This document shows, piece by piece, positions 1-11,800 of a stretch of DNA of 49,444 bases. The first letter of the stretch is position 1. Every line of letters starts with the position of its first letter. A model generated the notes under the pieces. It searched no databases. It saw nothing but the letters and a program-made list of their open reading frames with translations, and had not been told where the DNA came from. The stretch lies in assembly GCA_032718475.1 (NCBI GenBank), contig JAUCBJ010002553.1, positions 1 through 49,444 of the forward strand, written 5' to 3'. Origin of the DNA: Nemertoderma westbladi. Taxonomy: Eukaryota > Animalia > Xenacoelomorpha. The position numbers and the translations under genes are program-made.

Positions 1-200
1 AGGGTGGGGGCGAGTGATGTCCTGTCCAAAGGGCAGAGGGTGGAGGCGAGTGATGTCCTTTCCAAAGGGTGGAGGGTAGGGGCGGAGTGATGTCCTGTCC
101 AAAGGGTGGAGGGTGGGTGCGAGTGATGTCCTGTCCAAAGGGTGGAGGGTGGGGGGCGAATGACGTCCTGTCCAGAGGGTTGGGAGTGACGTAGTGTCCA
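1..200. repeat. G-rich ~36-bp minisatellite, about 5 copies, running off the left edge (intronic in the PGAP2-like gene)
   Basis: Unit AGGGTGGGGGCGAGTGATGTCCTGTCCAAAGGGTGG repeated with small variations. Confidence 0.9.
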
Positions 201-279
201 CAGATTAAATGTAGGGTACATTTTTTATGTAATTAGTCTTTTTACAGCACGTGTCACTTAGAATTTGACCAGTCTGCCG

Positions 280-490
280 TAAAACAGTGAGGAGACAGGA
301 ATTTGACCGCAATTCCCCTCTCGCCGAAGTAATATCTCGTCCCAATTTTAGTAAATTATAAATCAAGAGGAAAGGAGCAGTTTACAGTGGCACGTTATTC
401 TAACCAAAAAATACACGCAAGTTAATAGAACAGGTTAGGTTTGTTTTTGCGAGTGAACAGCATTCATTTGCGTCGATTTTCCCCCGGAGT
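280..490 (+). mobile_element. Copy of a short dispersed repeat family (MITE-like); other copies at ~3345-3410 (+), ~4600-4830 (-), ~25950-26095 (+), ~35965-36025 (+)
   Basis: Shared core GGAAAGGAGCAGGTTACAGTGGCACGNTATTCTAACCAAAACAATA seen in five places on both strands; ends not well defined. Confidence 0.7.
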
Positions 491-539
491 GGGATGAATG
501 CGCACAATTCGTGAGTAGAGGTTCTCATACTAGACTTAC

Positions 540-762
540 CAGGAGATTTGCTTGAAGTAACAAATGCAAGTAATAGAAGAGAAGTCAGTTCTACGTAATA
601 TAACGCGGCAGTGAAGAGTTGAACCACTGAATTCCGTTTAAAATACAAAACTCCAATCAAATAACGGGGTACAATGTGCAGAGATAAAACCAGTTGCCAT
701 AACAATCGTTGCACAGGGTAGTCTCCACTGGCTGTGCTGAAGCTTGGCAAGAAGTTTAACGC
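540..762 (-). CDS. PGAP2: PGAP2 (Frag1/DRAM/Sfk1 family, post-GPI attachment factor), second coding exon
   Basis: Acceptor ccttttAG (764-763), donor G|GTAAGT (539). Translates ALNFLPSFSTASGDYPVQRLLWQLVLSLHIVPRYLIGVLY...VELTSLLLLAFVTSSKSP, matching the PGAP2 pattern NYLPSVSSAIG..PQRYVWR..IGLH..PRF..VENLALLVLTYVSSSE. Further exons lie beyond the left edge. Confidence 0.85.
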
Positions 763-948
763 CTAAAAGGTAAAAGTATGATTGTAATATGGCTCCGTAA
801 TCACCAGTACATCACATTGATGCAAAATAAATAAACCAGTTTTAGTATAACTCTCTGTATCAGCAAGGCCCCTCATATAATATGTTAGTATTCATTAATA
901 TTGAAAACTTATAAGGCCGGGAATGCTACTATTAATATGTACTGAAGC

Positions 949-1666
949 CATAAAACATGTGACTCAACTAATTGGGGAACATCTCCGAATCATAAAACAT
1001 GTGACTCAACTAATTGGGGAACATCTCCGAATCATAAAACATGTGACTCAACTTATTGGGGAGCATCTCCGAATCATAAAACATGTGACTCAACTTATTG
1101 GGGAGCATCTCCGAATCATAAAACATGTGACTCAACTAATTGGGGAGCATCTTCGAATCATAAAACATGTGACTCAACTTATTGGGGAGCATCTCCGAAT
1201 CATAACACATGTGACTCAACTTATTGGGAAGCATCTCCGAATCATAAAACATGTGACTCAACTTATTGGGGAGCATCTCCGAATCATAAAATATGTGACT
1301 CAACTAATTGGGGAGCATCTCCGAATGAGAAAACATGTGACTCAACTTATTGGGGAGCATCTCCGAATCATAAAACATGTGACTCAACTTATTGGGGAGC
1401 ATCTCCGAATCATAAAACATGTGACTCAACTTATTGGGGAGCATCTCCGAATCATAAAACATGTGACTCAACTAATTGGGGAACATCTCCGAATCATAAA
1501 ACATGTGACTCAAATTATTGGGGGAGCATCTCCGAATCATAAAACATGTGAGTCAACCTATTGGGGAGCATCTCCGAATCATAAAACATGTGACTCAACT
1601 TATTGGGAAGCATCTCCGAATCATAAAACAAGTCACTCAACTTATTGGGGATCATCTCCGAATCAT
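949..1666. repeat. 42-bp minisatellite, about 17 near-identical copies, in the PGAP2-like intron
   Basis: Unit CATAAAACATGTGACTCAACTTATTGGGGAGCATCTCCGAAT; explains the 14-aa-repeat ORFs 923-1708 and 1518-1835. Confidence 0.97.
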
Positions 1667-1739
1667 GATTACAGGTCAACAAAGTTTGCTGCAAGTTTGT
1701 TTACGTAATTGCTTCCAAATTCTCCAGGAATATGGGATT

Positions 1740-2360
1740 CCCAGAGATCATGATCTTTGTTTACTATCAAAGACATTGGAGGGAGCACAGAAGCTGTTAT
1801 CTAGCTGCATCAAGACATACTATAAGGTATTATAGATAATATATTACTATTATTGTAGATCATAGGTGCATTCAGTGTTGGTCGCTTTGTGAATAGCATA
1901 AAGACGACAATTCTGACTCAGACCAACAGAAAATTGATCGCGATAACATTCAACCGCTGGGTGTATTAATAAGTCGTGTGAACGACTTTCATGGGTTCGG
2001 AGGTCTCAGAATTTGCAAAGAAAGACAGCTATCCACGAGCTGGGAGAACTGTGATATCACATGCTCCTTAAGGTACGCCTTTTCCGTGCAGCAGTACCGC
2101 CCGTGCTGCCATAGGCCAACCCATGCTGGATTCTAACGGCTGAAGACAACAAGATCCATGGATGGTACATATACCACGATACTGCGCAGGGTTCACAACG
2201 TTTACTATGATGCACAGATAAGTAATGAAATTATATACAACTATGGCAACATATCATTGCCAAGACCCAGCCTCCCTCTGCTGAGACGAAAGCTTTACGC
2301 TTGATGGGCACTGTTTCCGCCGACAGGGTCAACCTGTACACAACCTTGTGATGTGTCAAT
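1740..2360 (+). mobile_element. Decayed RTE/RTE-X LINE 3' fragment
   Basis: Broken frames give DLCLLSKTLEGAQKLL, LKVRLFRAAVPPVLP*ANPCWIL, MDGTYTTILRRVHNV..ISNEIIY and GHCFRRQGQPVHNLVM, the ordered C-terminal motifs of RTE-X reverse transcriptases; contains stops and frameshifts. Confidence 0.75.
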
Positions 2361-2653
2361 CTGTTGGTGTAATAGCTGTGTGAACAGCGAAAGATTATCC
2401 TCAAACGCCTGCAGGACAACGAACTAGAGAATAGGGATTACAAAATATTTCAAACCTAGTGTAAAAATTATTATTGTAATTTTTTTTATGCAGGCACAAT
2501 AAGGCCGCCAAATATTATAATATTATTAATAAGGCCGCCTTACACAAGAAAGTAAAATACAATATTAAACTGAATATTATAAATACGTTAACCTACTGAA
2601 TTTTTATTAGTAGTACGACTACTTAACTGTTAGATCACTAACACTAAACATAC

Positions 2654-2812
2654 TTTGCAGTTGGTCCAATGGCGTCCTTTATAATTCAAAGTCAATGTCA
2701 GTAATATTACCATGATGCTTCCAACCAATGGCAAGGCGACACACATTACAATAACATAACGTAAATATATTACGCAAAACGGCACTTCCGGTTTCCTTAT
2801 ATTCATCTTCAT
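2654..2812 (-). CDS. PGAP2: PGAP2-like first coding exon (start at ATG 2812; 2863 or 2806 also possible)
   Basis: YLRYVIVMCVALPLVGSIMVILLTLTLNYKGRHWTNCK followed by donor GTATGT; splices in phase 0 to the 762 exon, giving TNCK|ALNFLPS (compare PGAP2 THCG-VPNYLPS). Confidence 0.8.
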
Positions 2813-4386
2813 ATGAGTATATTTAACTACAACAGTATGCAGGGCTCGTAACTCAAATGTCATTTTAATTGAGAAGCTTAATTATTGTTGAGATTACAAT
2901 AAATTACACAATCGACTATTTTACAAAAAAGACTAAACAATTTTAACAAACGACCAAAATCTTCAAATTATTTTCAAATAAACCTTTGCAATAAATTAAA
3001 CTGCCGCAGATACAAATGTGTTGTGTGACTTATGATTATTACAAAATAGTTACCGATGCCAACTCGCTAAGAGAACAACCCGAACATGTTCAGTATACAT
3101 ACAGACTGTTAATCTATGCCAAATCCATAGCTATTAACGCGGCCATGGTTGCCCACAGCCACAATAAATACGAAATCGAAATACCAATGGAGTAAGGAAT
3201 TGAAAACCCCTCTATCTACTAACAGATGAGACTCTATTCGAAGTACAATCCCAGTTATCCAAGTCTCTCCGGTCCAACTAACAATGGAAAATTTGGACCT
3301 GGAGCTTATTTAATTGACACCTCATTAAATTAATACCTCGTATCAATCAAGGGAAAGGAGCTGGTCACAGTGCACTGCACGTTATTCTAACCAAAACAAT
3401 AAACGAAAGTCAATAATAAATGTAATAAATGTATAATAAATCAATTTTTCATAGTGAGGATTTAATTTATTTTCCTTTGGAGAGAGACTCTATTTGAGTG
3501 CGCCAAGAGACCCACCCACCCCCCATCTGTGGAGATTAACGTATTATTGTAAAAGGTATACCATGTGGTGAAGTGGGTCACTGACAGTGTTAGCTAAATG
3601 TAATTGATTCTGTTAATGGGGTGTATCCTGTATCACATACAGTCATAATCACGTAATCGGTACATACACATACAGCTGCTAGCCATAAGAAACAATCATA
3701 CGCCAGACAAATTATATTGTAGTGTTTCACACCTGTTTTTAGAAAAGCGATGTCTCATCTTATCAATGATAAATCCAAAACCCACCCCTCCTAATTATTC
3801 GTCCATAATATAGTAATTTGTTGGTAAGTGCGAGTTGCGAGTATAGTATACCATATCAGTAAAAGATTTGGCGGGACTTTGTAGCCATAAAGGTGCCAAT
3901 CGATGTCAAAAATACTGCCGACTCTCTACTCATGTGTATGTTCATGATATCCATGCACCTTCCTCCACGACTGAAGAAAACTATTGTTTTTACTAGACCG
4001 GTGTCTATATTTTTTAATATTTTAGTAATTTTGTAAGACATATAGGCCTATTTACTACCCAAAACCTAAACTGTAAAAAAATACGACAATATCGATCTAA
4101 AGTGCACATCTTCAAGAACCTCAAACTTTCAGTATCGTACTACTAAACAAACGCGCCATTATCAGTAATATAAATTTATTAAATTAACAAATTATTATAA
4201 ACAAAACTAAAATTTACAACTAAATAAACATTAACATCAGGATACCGGAGTTTTGCAACCCCAAAGACGGTAGCACATAAATTCGGAATACAACTTCATG
4301 TATAGAGAGAAACCATTTACCAAAACTACGAATTGAGTTTACCAGTTTACTTGCTTGAAGTTGAGGGTTACAGAGACATGCTCCAG

Positions 4387-4398
4387 TGCGCATGCGCA
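4387..4398. promoter_or_regulatory. Perfect NRF1-type palindrome, candidate PGAP2 promoter element
   Basis: TGCGCATGCGCA, 1.6 kb upstream of the PGAP2-like ATG; function inferred from the motif only. Confidence 0.4.
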
Positions 4399-6783
4399 GA
4401 GATTAAATAAAAATTAATTTAATACCGTATAATAATACCCATACCCGACACAAAACATAACTCTTAATGAGTATTTATTAAGTAAACGTAAATAATTAGC
4501 ATTTTATTTTGATGCAAAGATTAAAATAACACAGTTTTTCAGATAGGGGGGGGGGGGGGGGGGGGGGGGGGGACTGGACACAATAAAAATTAATCCCTCT
4601 TCAGGGGAAATTGGACGCAAATAACATAGTTCAACAACAATAAACTAAAAAACTTAATTAAACAAGATTACTCTCAAAAATAAAACTGTAACCTGTTCTA
4701 TTGTGTTTAGTTTCTTGTTTTGGTTAAAATATCGTGCCACTGTAACCTGCTCCTTTCCCTAAAGTGATAATGTAATTCGCCAAGGCGGGTTTTGCGTCCA
4801 GTTTACCCCCCCCCCCCCCCCCGGTCTCCAGTTTTTAGTTATTTGGTAAGGTGATGCAAATCCTCATTATGTTAACAATTAGTTTTATACTAACTATAAT
4901 ATCAGAGCTAAAACTACACTAATATGCTCTTTTAAGTGTAATTAGTCTAATTACCACGAACAGCACGGAAAATCGGCACACAAAATGACAAAATATGATA
5001 ATAAAACTAATATAATTGTAGTATATATGGGCTGGGCAGTTGAGAGGGAAATATATATATAACTAACTTAACTACACGGTGTAAATGGAAATTTTTTCTT
5101 AACAATGATACAAATGATAAATTTGGGTAATTCAAATTACAAAGTCAAAGTGAAAACTTGCCTAACAACTCGCTGTGCTGCTAGTCTAAAACATCGAAAA
5201 GTCGTGAAGCTATAGGATTACTAAGGAAAAACCGCTGGCATCCAGTTAAGTTGTCATATTAATTAATTAATGAAGCTAAATAAATATAACGATATATTGT
5301 GTGCGACTGTGCGGTGCTTAAATAAATAAATTAAAGAATATAATATACTTGACACCAAAGTGCTTTGGAATTTTATAATAAATATTCTCTACTAATGAAC
5401 AGAACATTTAGTGAGATATAATATCATAAATATGATTAAAATATTGATTATTCGGCATATAAAAAAAGGAAAATATATTCGTAGATCACGCTTCTGGAAC
5501 GCGGACCTGAAACCCAGGAAATGCGCCGAAACCTAGTCATTTCCGCTAAGTTCTGTTCATATTGCATTAGAGTTGGCAAGATTCCGCAATCCACATACCT
5601 TACCGTACTGTATGTAGCAGCTCCCAGTGGAATTTAGAAAATAAAACAGCATCCAGTCAGACACTCTTACTATGTATTGCACTGGAGATTTGAATTTCAC
5701 TCGGAATCAGATCTTATAGTTAAGTTCGTCTACAAATATTAAAGATAGATAAAATGTACCTAATTTATTCGGAATTAAATTGTATAATTTTTAAGTGAAG
5801 CCAAATAATTAAACTTAACCCCTATAATAATTGGCAAGTTATCCGTGGCGCGGAGACGGATTAACTTTGCACTCACCCTCGCCACTTAGTATTGGTAATT
5901 TACCAACAGATAAACGGATCGTAATTTGGGTAGAAGTTATTTACTATTAATAATTACCGGAAACCCGTTTATTTGCTTTGACAAAGTGATGGGTAAATAT
6001 TATCGTGCATTGGAAACAAATACTAACTGTGTAAGCTGTATGCCTGTCCTGTACGGACCGGACACTTACTCGTATTAAGATTGTAATGGTAGTGTCTGGA
6101 CGCATGTGTCATATGGGTTAGAGTTAAGTCTCTGTTTTATACCTACCAGTCTATGGTTGGTTAACTTTATCTCATCCCGCTGTAAAATGTGACCTGTAAA
6201 TCACAATGTGAGAAAATATGGTTAGATCTAGGTGCAACAATATAACATTACCAAATTACAAACATGCCGTATATAACCCGCTGTAACCTAAGAACTGGGT
6301 CTAGTAATGTCAATAATGCTACTAATTTTAAATATATTCTCATATTTGTTGTTGAATCAAAGTAATTAGCAGCTTGCAAAGTCGTCGCATTTATTGTTTT
6401 ACAGGCTAACTTACCGGTAGGATAGAAAATAAACAACAGTTTTAATTAGTGTTAACAAACTCGGTTGAGGCTCATAACCTAAATAAATACTAAACGAAAT
6501 GAGCATCAAGACAGTGAACAGCTACGTCATTAGAGACGAACACACCAGCAGCTGCCAAAAACATAACATGTCAACAAAAAGAAAAATTCAATTGGCGGAA
6601 TTAACATTAGTCCTAAATGGATGTTATATAACCGGGTTAGGTATGAGGCTACCTAACCAAAACAATAGACCCCAGCGAAATACTAAACCCAGATACCTAA
6701 TGGAGATACAGCCAGGTATCAGTGGTTTAGTTCCCCATTACATATACCAGCACTAAATAGACTTGTGTCGTGTCGTGGGTAAC

Positions 6784-7791
6784 CTATTGTAGTTCAAGGA
6801 AAGAAGGGCCCCCCGACCTATTCTTGTACTTAATGGAGAATTGTTTCAGGGTTGATTCCAAGGCCTCTGCATTACCAGTAAAGTAAGCGGATATTGCGTT
6901 GTGGAACATTAGAAGTTGTTTGTGCATCACTTTCACCTTGTTCTCTTCCAGGAATTGTAGCTTAACGTTGAGATCGCTTCTGAGCTGCTCAAACTTTCCC
7001 TTCTGCAGCTCGTAGACTCTCTGGGCGTCTCTAAGTTTCGCGAGGTTAGTATCTGTTTTTGGGGCGGTGTTGTAGGCCTCCAAGTCGGTACGGTATGCGT
7101 CGTACTGAATCCTAGCCATCTCATACTGTTTCACCGTGTACACCGTGTCCTCCATCGTTTTATCCGAGAGAGTCGTGATGCTGCAGATGAAGAAGTCGAT
7201 GGCGGCGAAGAGTTGGTCGCCGCGGGTCGCGAGAATCCGTTGCATCTCCGCATTCGAAACAAACTCGTCCTGTAACGACGGCGTCTTAGCGCCGAGGTCG
7301 GCGAACATATCGGAGAGACTGCGTTGGGTCTGCATCAGGTTGAGGAAGTTAGCTTGCAGCCCCCGAGCGAGGTTCGCTATCGCCGTATATTTGCGTTGTG
7401 TTTCTCGTAGATTCTCGATCTGCATCTCCAACTGGAGGTCCACCGTTCGACTTCCTCGGCCCAACTTCTCCGAGATCAACTGCTTTGTGCACTTCATCGT
7501 AGACAAACTCCATCGCTTTACTGCGTCCATTTTTGCTGCGGCGTCGAAGTTTCGCAGTGAGTCGGCGTGGTCGAGTGGGGTTCGTGGCGCGGCGCGCGCG
7601 ACAGTGTTGGTGGAGTTGTCGCCGAGATTGACGGGCGAGTAGGAATTGGCATCGCGGGTGGTACCGGTAGGTTGGCGGGGACTGCCCCCGGTTCCGGGAG
7701 ATGGGAAGACTTTCGCTACAGATGTGGTATCGGTACGTCCGTTAGCCTTGGATTCTTCCTCTTCATTATCGTCTAAGTCTAGGCTATCCAT
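6784..7791 (-). CDS. ARFIP2: Arfaptin (AH/BAR-domain Arf/Arl1 effector), single coding exon, 335 aa
   Basis: VKRWSLSTMKCTKQLISEKLGRGSRTVDLQLE, KTMEDTVYTVKQYEMARIQYDAYRTDLE, KLQFLEENKVKVMHKQLLMFHNAISAYFTGN and C-terminal PSFLE are arfaptin hallmarks; probably co-orthologous to ARFIP1/2. Confidence 0.95.
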   Translation of the reverse strand: MDSLDLDDNEEEESKANGRTDTTSVAKVFPSPGTGGSPRQPTGTTRDANSYSPVNLGDNSTNTVARAAPRTPLDHADSLRNFDAAAKMDAVKRWSLSTMKCTKQLISEKLGRGSRTVDLQLEMQIENLRETQRKYTAIANLARGLQANFLNLMQTQRSLSDMFADLGAKTPSLQDEFVSNAEMQRILATRGDQLFAAIDFFICSITTLSDKTMEDTVYTVKQYEMARIQYDAYRTDLEAYNTAPKTDTNLAKLRDAQRVYELQKGKFEQLRSDLNVKLQFLEENKVKVMHKQLLMFHNAISAYFTGNAEALESTLKQFSIKYKNRSGGPSFLELQ

Positions 7792-8662
7792 AATCCAAAA
7801 ATAAAAGAATGGGTAAGCAGGTAAGTGTGAAGTGATAAGGCAGTACCGGTACAGTAGTAGTACTGTAGTAACCTGGTAGGCTACCGGCTGACCTGTAACT
7901 GAGTAAGTTCTGAAGACTGAAGGTTGAAGGTATTACAGTATTAAGTGGAGCAGAGTAAGGGCCAGCTGCTGAAGCTGCGTGCTGCTGTGAATTCTGAAGG
8001 TTGGATTTTACAGCGTAAAAAAACCTACCGATACTCGATTGCGCTTCTACAGTTCTAGCTAGTAGTGAACTACCGGCTGACTGGCTGACCGGTACTGAGC
8101 GGTATTGCACTGACAGACTGAAGCAGTTAGGTCTGTAGGTAGTCTGGCAGTGACTCAGTGAGTTGTTAATGTGTAATGCTGTAAATGTCAGTGTCACACT
8201 GAAACTGTTGGTAATAATACCGAACCGAGAAATGCAGTGCAGTCAGGGAGTACATCAGTACACCGGCGGCACCAGGTGCAGGTCAGGTACCGGCTGACCG
8301 GTACCTGGGTACACCGTACACGGCAATGCGGTACACGGTAGGTAATGAAGTGACTTAGGCCTATAACAGTATAATTTTTAAAGTGAAATTAGTCAGTACA
8401 GAAGTAGGCCTACAGCAATAATCTAAAGTGGAAATGGTTTATGATAAGTAAGTTATGGTCAGAGAACGAATTAAGACGAGTTTTGTTGTTTCAGTTCCTA
8501 CCAGCCTGTAGGCGGTATTTCTTTGGCCGATGCCCGATGGATAGATGTTACAACCGTAAGCGCGTTTATTATACAGTATTGTCTGGCATTTTGTTCCAGG
8601 TTGTGGTCCCCGCATGTAACTAACTGAAAGTTCTTTGCCCATACAGCCATATATACGGTTCG

Positions 8663-8671
8663 CCGGAAGTG
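8663..8671. promoter_or_regulatory. ETS/GABP motif, candidate arfaptin promoter element
   Basis: CCGGAAGTG about 870 bp upstream of the arfaptin ATG; motif only. Confidence 0.35.
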
Positions 8672-9249
8672 TAAAGTAACTTGGTGATTATGATAGCTTG
8701 CTGACCGGGATCTTTCAGGAATATCAATTACTGTAGGTCAGATTCAGTCAGATATACAGTAGGTTATTCACTGCCCTGAACATGTGTGTGAGAATCTTCG
8801 ATTCGACTCTTCCTTTACAGGCGCCAATTGATGAGTTCGTAATGTTCAAGGCCCCTGCTGTATTATCCCCTAACGCCTAACTCGTGGTTCGTAATCCACA
8901 CATATGGAAATGGAAATGGAAACTTTTTATTTACTTCGATAAGTAAAAACGCACCAACATGCACAACACAATAAAATAAGATCATTTTTTTAAACATTCA
9001 CTGAGTGACTGATAGAGGCCGTATCTAAATAATCAAATATTAATATACAGTATACTATGTATACACACGTTATAAAAACAAATTTATTACTATTGGCAAG
9101 TGTGTTAGTATATGTGATATACAATATAAAATAAGTATGTAGGATATTGTTTATAAAATACATAAAATAAATTAAATAACTTAAAATAACTTAATTAATT
9201 TAATTAATTTAAAATAATTTAAATACTTAAAACTTAAGTAAAATAATAC

Positions 9250-9530
9250 AATAACGAATAGCCTTTCGTTGGAGAGCCTCAAGTTGATTGCGTTGTTTAT
9301 TGTAAACATGTGAATCCCAAGTGGGAAAGACATAGGGCCTAATCAATATGAGGCTGGATTAGTGAATAGCATAACAACTCTAATAACCTGCGAGTATATT
9401 TATCAAGCACAGCTCCATTTCGGTGAAGGAATTTGAGCCTCGCATTGCCTTTCTTAATTGCTTTCATGGCCATTTCTGAGTCATTTACACACAGCTACTG
9501 TATCAAGGTCGTACCCAAGATACTTACTTG
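9250..9530 (-). mobile_element. Decayed L2/Crack-type LINE fragment
   Basis: Minus-strand frames give KYLGYDLD, then EMAMKAIKKGNARLKFLHRN..RRLLELLCYSLIQPHID*, then QLEALQRKAIRY. Confidence 0.75.
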
Positions 9531-10514
9531 ATCAAAACAGCGTACACTAATATAGCCACGAAACTTCCAGGGGCTGCGAGGCATTAATTTTCTAATGAGA
9601 TACAAATAGTTCTGTTTTATCGAATTTAATCACCCGTTTATTCTGTACGAACCAATTGAATTGTTCATTGAATCAGTTAGGGACTGTCCGATAGCAGCTA
9701 CATATTCTCTACCATCAGTGATAAATGCTAACATCGGCAAATGTGGTGTATCATTGGGTTCGTTGACCCATAAAATCTGAAAAATTCGTAACCGTAATCA
9801 CTATGGTAACACTTTCCATAAAATATAATTAAACTTCATATGATTAAAACAGCCTTTGCAGCGTTATATTTTCGTATTACTGTATTTCTGCTTCTAAGTG
9901 ATTATAATTGATATTCAAGTCAGTCGTGGCAAACCGAAATGTAAACACAAATTTCAGACGATTTTTACAGCCATACAGTAATTCGAAAGTAATAAAGTAA
10001 ACTGTATACTTAAATTTAGTTTAGCTACTGTATTTTACTTACAATAAATTATTGCAGACAGTTAACATTACTGATTTCTTCTAATCGAATTAATTGGCTC
10101 AATGTTCTCTCATGCTGCGCGACGGCCTAGCACCGGGCTAATTTGATACTATGTACAGTATTATATGATAGCCTCACACTGTGCCCATTATATCTAATTT
10201 GTTAGGCCTACTATGTAGGCCTACAGTATATAAATTAGCAAAATTATATTTTTATCTTTCTAAGAATTCTTTCATACAACATTAATTGCCTGTGTGTGCA
10301 ATGCGTTATAGTAGGAGCTACCTTCACAGGAAGCTAATATTAATTTCCAGCGATGATAGCCTTATGCGTCCAATGAATACTGAATGTACTACTGCATACT
10401 GTATAATTTATAATTATTCTCATACAGAGAGCTCTACGGTTGGCTGAAGTACAATTAACTAGAGTATATGGCTGACGGCTACCCTACCACCCACCAAATG
10501 ACAAGGCAAAATTT

Positions 10515-10830
10515 TTATATTTTAACAATGCAAAATGAAAAAAACACGAGCAAAGCCAACGAAATGTTAATAATGTTAACAATGGAAATGGAAAAGAAAT
10601 GCGAGCAAAGCGAACGAAATATTAATAATGTTAACAAGGGAAATGGAAAAGAAATGCGAGCGAAGCGAGGGATATTTTTTGTGGCAAATAATTTTTCTCA
10701 CTTCGCACGTACTTTAACTTTTTTACAACTCATCCGCGTACTTTATGACTTTTGATATTTTGCACAGATTGCCACGCACGTTTGATGTTTTTCTCACAAT
10801 TACGCGCACTTTTATTTCAATTCCGCGCAT
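10515..10830. repeat. Degenerate ~50-bp tandem repeat (3 copies) followed by short CGCGYACTTT repeats; probably part of a transposon
   Basis: AATGTTAACAAKGGAAATGGAAAAGAAATGCGAGCRAAGCGA recurs. Confidence 0.6.
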
Positions 10831-10930
10831 TTTCATTTCTAAATTTATTTTACAGTAGGGCCTATTTCTATTTCAAATAGGCTCACAGCGCTTCGCGGTC
10901 TTTGCACTTCCATTTCAACCTGGCCGGTAG

Positions 10931-11190
10931 TATAATAATAATAATAATATTGGTTATTTATATAGCGCTTTATTATGCTCGGCATACTCAAAGCGCTTTT
11001 ATTATCATTACCCCAGCAAAGCCAGGTTCCCATTATACCGCTGGGTTGACGTAGGCACTAATGTCTAAAGTGTCTTGCCTAGGGACACAACAGTGCGAAA
11101 TTTCTACAGCCTTTAGTCGGATTCGAACCTGCGCCACCATACACTATTGTGTAAGCAGTTCAGGCGCCATATCCACTCGGACCCTGCGAC
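10931..11190 (-). mobile_element. Full-length tRNA-derived SINE with CORE-like centre and L2-like (TAT)n tail
   Basis: Minus strand: A box GGTCCGAGTGG, B box GGTTCGAATCC, centre TGTGTCCCTAGGCAAGACACTT..CCCAGCGGTATAATGGGAACC, tail AAGCGCTTTGAG..AAGCGCTATATAAAT..TATTATTAT. Confidence 0.88.
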
Positions 11191-11203
11191 ATGTGGCGCC
11201 GTG

Positions 11204-11701
11204 GTCTTCAAAAATATGAAAATGTCGGCGACTGGTTTAGATTCTCGGCGGCTGGTTTAGATCTTATAATATTTTGTTGGGCACAGCTTTTGCAAAGTCG
11301 GCAATGACGTCCAGGTGAGATCGAACTGGTGACCTCCGAGTTGGAAGTCTTTAGATCTTGGCCGAAATCTTGTCCGAAATCTGAGTTAATTTCTGAGTTG
11401 AACGAATTATTTAAGTTCCTCATCTACGCGCTAGTGTACTGTTGTGTACTGTACTGGTCACAGAGAAACACAGACTGACAAAAAAGCAAACAGCAGCATT
11501 AAGACTTCCCTCCAAAATTTCAGCTTACTGTAAATTTCGGCTTCGATTTCGGCTTCGATTTCGGCTTAGATTTCGGCTTATATTTCGGCCAAGATTTCGG
11601 CCAAGATTTCGGCCAAGATGTCGGCCAAGATTTCGTCTTAGATTTCGGCTTAGTCGAGGAGAATCTAAACCAGTCACCGATATTTTCATAGTTTTGAGGC
11701 C
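11204..11701. mobile_element. MITE with ~43-bp imperfect TIRs and an internal 12-bp tandem repeat
   Basis: TCAAAAATATGAAAATGTCGGCGACTGGTTTAGATTCTC is inverted against GAGAATCTAAACCAGTCACCGATATTTTCATAGTTTTGA; (TTTCGGCYWAGA)n at 11535-11653; no clear TSD. Confidence 0.8.
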
Positions 11702-11800
11702 TATACAGTAGGCTAGGCCTATTTTAACGGTCTAACTTTCAAATGCTTTCACTTTTGGAACAAATAAGTGGAGTTCAACAATCAGACTATCTGCTGATCT

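Noticed and set aside
923-1835. 261-aa and 105-aa ORFs with 14-aa repeats
   Set aside because: By-products of a stop-free 42-bp minisatellite lying antisense within an intron
4546-4822. Long poly-G and poly-C runs (also ~25454, 26246, 29113, 30843) as functional G-quadruplexes
   Set aside because: Most lie inside repeats; homopolymer lengths are unreliable; no functional evidence
11100-11190. Possible tRNA gene (A and B boxes)
   Set aside because: Continues into a SINE core and tail with no clean cloverleaf; it is a SINE head
11442-11711. Arg/Phe-rich 89-aa ORF
   Set aside because: Translation of the 12-bp tandem repeat inside a MITE
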